Source: Scenedesmus sp. PABB004 (Eukaryota). Taken from it: a DNA stretch of 64,000 bases. The notes under the pieces are model-generated. The model made no database searches and had not been told where the DNA came from. It worked only from the letters and a program-made list of their open reading frames with translations. Position numbers and translations under genes: made by a program. Positions 60,023-64,000 of the stretch are shown piece by piece. Numbering within the stretch: the first letter of the stretch is position 1; every line of letters starts with the position of its first letter. The DNA lies in the NCBI GenBank assembly GCA_014905635.1, contig JABVCE010000029.1, positions 310,001 to 374,000 on the forward strand, read 5' to 3'.

Positions 60023-62289
60023 TCAGAAGAGGAACACGATGCCGTCGTTGATGCGCGACTTCTGGTCCTGCGGGGGCCGCGGCGCGGGCGCGCGCGCAGA
60101 GCTCAGCCGCCGCCGCCACTCGCTGCGCGCCGCGCGGCACGCCCCGCCGCGCCCAGCGCCCGCCCAACACGCGCCGAGCGCCTCTCTCGCTCTCACCTGC
60201 GCGACGCACTCGCTGACCCACATGATGTTGCGGATCTCCTGCTCGCGCAGCTTCATGTAGGCGTAGAAGACGCCGTAGTGAAACTGCTGCTCGAAGCACG
60301 CCGCGCAGCGCTTGACCTCCTCCTCGTACAGCAGCTTGTCCAGCATCTGCGCCTCGCCGTACCCGAGCTGCGGCGGCGGGAGAGGGGCGCGCGCGCGGGC
60401 GGGCGGGTGAGTGCGAGCAGGCGCGTGTGCGGCGGGCGCGGCGCGGCGCGGCGCGGCGCGGCGCGGCGCGGCGCGGGCGGCGGTGCAGCGCCCCGCGCGG
60501 CGCGGCGGGTGCGGCGGCGGGCGGCACACCTTGTTGAACACGCCCGCGTATGCGGGCACCTTCTCCATGGCGGCGCGGATCTGGTCAAAGTCCTCCGCGA
60601 TGCTCAGCTCGTTGTGCCTGGGCGGCGGCGCGGCGGCGGCAGCGTCGGGGCGGGCGCGGGGCGGGCGCGCCACGTTCGCGCAGCCCTCCCGCAGCCCTCC
60701 TCCCGCAGCCCTCCTCCGGCAGCCCTCCTCCCGCGCCCCGCAGCCCTCCCGCGCCCCTCCCGCAGCCCCGCGCGCGCACCCGTGCGGGTAGAGGAGGCCA
60801 AAGTTGGAGTAGAGCTTCTTGCGGTCGTCGCGCGTGAGCTCGGTGCCGATGCTGTTGAGCGTGATGTTCAGCGCGCGGCGGTCGGCCTCAAACGCGAGCA
60901 GGTCGGACATGACCTCGCCCGTCGTGCCGCCGAGCGTCGCGCAGTAGGCAGCAAAGTCGTCGAGGTAGGCCTTGTACAGCGTGTTGCGCATGATCTGGTG
61001 CGCGTGGGCGCATGGGTGTGGGTGGTGGGCGGCGCGTGGGCGGCGTGGGTGTGGGCGGGTGTGCGGGCGCGGCGGCGGCAGCGCGGCCGGCGGCTGCGCA
61101 GGTGCGGGTCCGCGCGCGCGCCGCGTGCGTGCGCGAGCGTACAGCGCAGCGCCTGCTGCCTGGCCGCCCCGCCGCACCTCGATGTTCATCTCGTCGAGGT
61201 CCTCGTGCGTGAGGTTCTCGCTGAAGTAGGGCGCGAGCGGCGTGTCGACGAGCACGAGGCGGTACAGCTCCCGCATGTTGGCCGCGACCGCGAGCGTCGC
61301 GATGCTGTCAAACATGCCCAGCGGGTGGCACTTGTCCAGCAGCTCCTGCAAGCGCGGCGCGACGACGCGGCGGGGTCGGTGCGGCCGCAGGGCGCGGCCG
61401 ACGGCGCAGGCGCGGCGCGGCGCGGGAGGAAGGGAGGCTTGCAGGACGCGGCGCGGCGCTCCCCGCCGCGCGCTCCGCGCCGCACTGCCCCGCTGCCGCG
61501 CGCGCCTGGACGTCGCGCTCGTGCAGCGTGCCGGTGACGATGAGGACGACGTTGTCGATCATGTGGCCGTACGTGCAAAAGTCAAGGAAGCGCGCGAGCG
61601 ACTCGTCCGCCTGCGCGCGCAGCGCGCACGCGTGCAGCAGCGCGGCAGGGGAAGGGGCGCAGGCGTCGGCAGCGGCGGCGGCGCGCCCGACCGACCGACT
61701 GCGCTGCCGCGCGGGCGCTGCTGCCGACCGCCCGCTGCCGCTGCCGACCGCCCGCTGTTGCAGCAGCCGCCACCCCGCCGCGGCGCGCCTGGCAGCGCAT
61801 CGCGTTCCAGTCGTCGACGAGCTTCTGCGTGCAGCGGTCGACAAGCGTGGAGGTGTAGAGCGGCGACGCCTCGTTGGCCAGGTAGGAGCCATAGTCGCTC
61901 GCCGTCTGCGGGGCCGGGCAGGGCGGCGGCGGCGCACCGGGGTCGCGGCCGCGGGCGCGGCGGCGCAGATGCCCCGCGCGGCGCCGCCGATGCTGCTCGC
62001 GCGGCGCCGCTGCTGCTGCGACTGCTGCGCCGCACCAGGTTGAGCTTGATGTCGTCGAGCGCCTCGCACTGCGTGAGGTTGTTGTAGTCCGGCACCGTCA
62101 GCAGGCCCGACTTGTGCCCCCGCACGATCGCCTCTGCGCGCGGCGCGGCGCGGCACGGCGGAGCAGCAGACGTCGGCGCCGCGCGGTGCGCTCCGCCGCG
62201 GGCCCGGCGCGCCGCCGCGGGCCCCGGATCTGCGGCCCACCTAGGTAGCCGTCCTTGATGTTGAAGTAGAGCTGCTCCCAGCCCCACAT
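60023..62289 (-). CDS. V-type H+-ATPase V0 subunit d
   Basis: FNIKDGYL|EAIVRG, YGHMIDNV, KCHPLG, EIMRNTLYKAYL, FEADRR, EQEIRNIMWVSEC. Confidence 0.96.
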
Positions 62290-63087
62290 GGCGCCGGGCC
62301 GGGCGCCCGAGCGGGCCCGAGCACGCCTGGCGCCCGGATCCGGGCCGGAGCGGGTCGCGCCGCGCGCGTGGAGAACGCTGCTGGCGTTGCGGACAGCCCG
62401 GAGCCGCGTCCCGGGCGCGAGCGGCGCGGGGCACGCGCGGGCGGGGGCGCCTAGATGGCCTGCGCTCGCGGGTCGAGGACGGCGCGGGGAGGGTGGGCGG
62501 TCGGTCCGGATGTGTGCCGGCGGGAGCGGCGGGCGTTGTGGAGGAGCGGGCGCACTCGGCGGCGGCGCGCGCTGCAGCGGCGGCGGCGCAGCGCGGGGCC
62601 GCAACCCTAGCGCCGCCCGCGGGTGCCGCCGTCGATCGGCGGTGGCGGCGTGCAGAGTGGGAGCTCGCTGGGCCACCACCACCGCCGGTGAATTAAGAGG
62701 TGGGCGAGCGTGCGCAAGAGCAGAGAGCAGCGGGGCGCCTGGCTGCGCCGCCGACCAGCGCGCGCTCGGTCTGCCGCCGCCTCTGCCAGCGGTCGCCTCC
62801 CCCGACCCTCCAGCGCTGCCCCACGGCTGTGCCAGGCGCTAGCCGGCAGCTTTGCGCACACTGCCGGCCGGCCGCCGCGCGCGACGGCCCGGCCGGTCAG
62901 AGCGCGCCGCCCGAACCCCGCTGGTCGGCTGCGCGCCGGCGCGCCGCCGCCGCCGCCGCAGGCCCGCCAGACCGGCCTGGCCCCGCCCGGTCCTCACCCC
63001 CTCGCCGCAGGCCTCACCACATCACGGCGAGCGGCCGTCGTTGGCCCCCCGCCCCCGGCTGTCTGTGCCGCCGCCGCTTGGCGCCCG

Positions 63088-64000
63088 ATGCTGCTCGCCC
63101 GCGCCACCGCCGCGCCCCTGGCGGCCCGTCACCATGCCTCTGGGACTGCTCTCGCCCCGCCACGACCGGCGCCGGCGTGGCTGGGCCGCCGGGCGCTGAG
63201 CTGCGGTGGGTGCTGCGCCGCGCGGCCATCAGCGGGCCCCCAGCGCGCGTGCGGCGCGCGGGCCAGCCCGGCAGCGCGTCGGCGGGCGGCTCGTAGCATT
63301 CTGTTTTTGTGGCGATACGCGCCAGACCCGGCCGCGCGCCCGGCAGCATGCTGGCCGCCCGGCAGCGCACGCCGCTGCCGCCTGGGCCGCGCCGCCCTCG
63401 CCTCACCCCACTGAGCCTGCTGCTGCTGCCCTGCTGTGTAAGCAGCCTCAACTGCGCCCCGGCGCGACGGCAGCGGCGGCGGCCGTGGCGGCGGCTGGAG
63501 CAGCGCGCGGGCGCCGCGGGAGCGCATCGACGCCAGGGAGGCGCCGCAGAGCACGGTGCGGCGCCGCAGACTGCTGTGGGCTGGGCGCAGCCACTCGCAG
63601 GGCCACGACACTAACCTGATGTACCCGCCGTGCAGGCCTCACCTCTGGCCAAGACCATCGGCATCATGATCCGCGACGTTGAGAGCCTGCCGGAGCTGGA
63701 GGGTGTGCTGCAGGAGTGGGGCGGCAGCTTTGACGCCGTCCACGCGGCGGCGGCCTTCGCCAAGGCAGCCAAGATGGCGGGGCGGCAGCCCGCAGATGTC
63801 AGGGACCTGCTGGCACGCCTGGCGCCACTGTGGGGGGCGCTGGAGCCTGGCTGGACGGTGCAGGGCATGGCCAACGTGCTGTGGGCGGCCGGCAAGGTGG
63901 GCTGCGCTGACGACCGCCTGTGGAGCGGCACGCTGGCGGCGTGCCTTGACACTCTCGGACAGGCCAACGACCAAGACATGGCCAACGTGGTGTACGGGCT
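63088..64000 (+). CDS. OPR-like helical-repeat protein, copy 3 (exons 63088-63205, 63446-63555, 63636->end; partial)
   Basis: Exon sizes match copy 1 (118 and 110 nt). Intron 2 has a CTAAC branch point. Exon 3 reads IMIRDVESLPELEGVLQEWGGSFDAVH. Confidence 0.8.

Noticed and set aside
60679..60770. GCAGCCCTCC-type repeats resembling an array
   Set aside because: Degenerate intronic minisatellite with no unique spacers; not CRISPR.

Overview
This is very GC-rich, gene-dense eukaryotic nuclear DNA with many short introns. Its style and gene content point to a chlorophyte green alga (Selenastraceae/Raphidocelis-like, by inference). Most long ORFs in the supplied track are antisense or intron-read-through artefacts. 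Manual splicing gives about 23 protein genes: an F-box/LRR-like protein, NFXL-type zinc finger, a 48-aa BRAWNIN/UQCC6-like microprotein, tandem-domain fibrillin, a degenerate 3-hydroxyisobutyrate dehydrogenase, phosphoglycolate phosphatase, NOL9, a DUF4598/NOPCHAP1-like protein, CCT8, an HMT1-type ABC transporter, a secreted PAN/apple-like protein, PPIL2/CYP65, a secreted LPMO-like protein, MRS2, an SP1/MUL1-like E3, FolD, MCTS1, a kinesin-4-like motor, mL53, V-ATPase d, and three recently duplicated OPR-like helical-repeat genes. The strongest leads are: (1) OPR-like paralogs that differ mainly at one site in each repeat, two of them forming an inverted repeat around the ABC gene; (2) an unusually high number of GC-AG introns; (3) a His-brace LPMO in a green alga; (4) a probable HIBADH pseudoenzyme; (5) a candidate bicistronic BRAWNIN-NFXL locus. 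All family assignments come from remembered motifs, not database searches.
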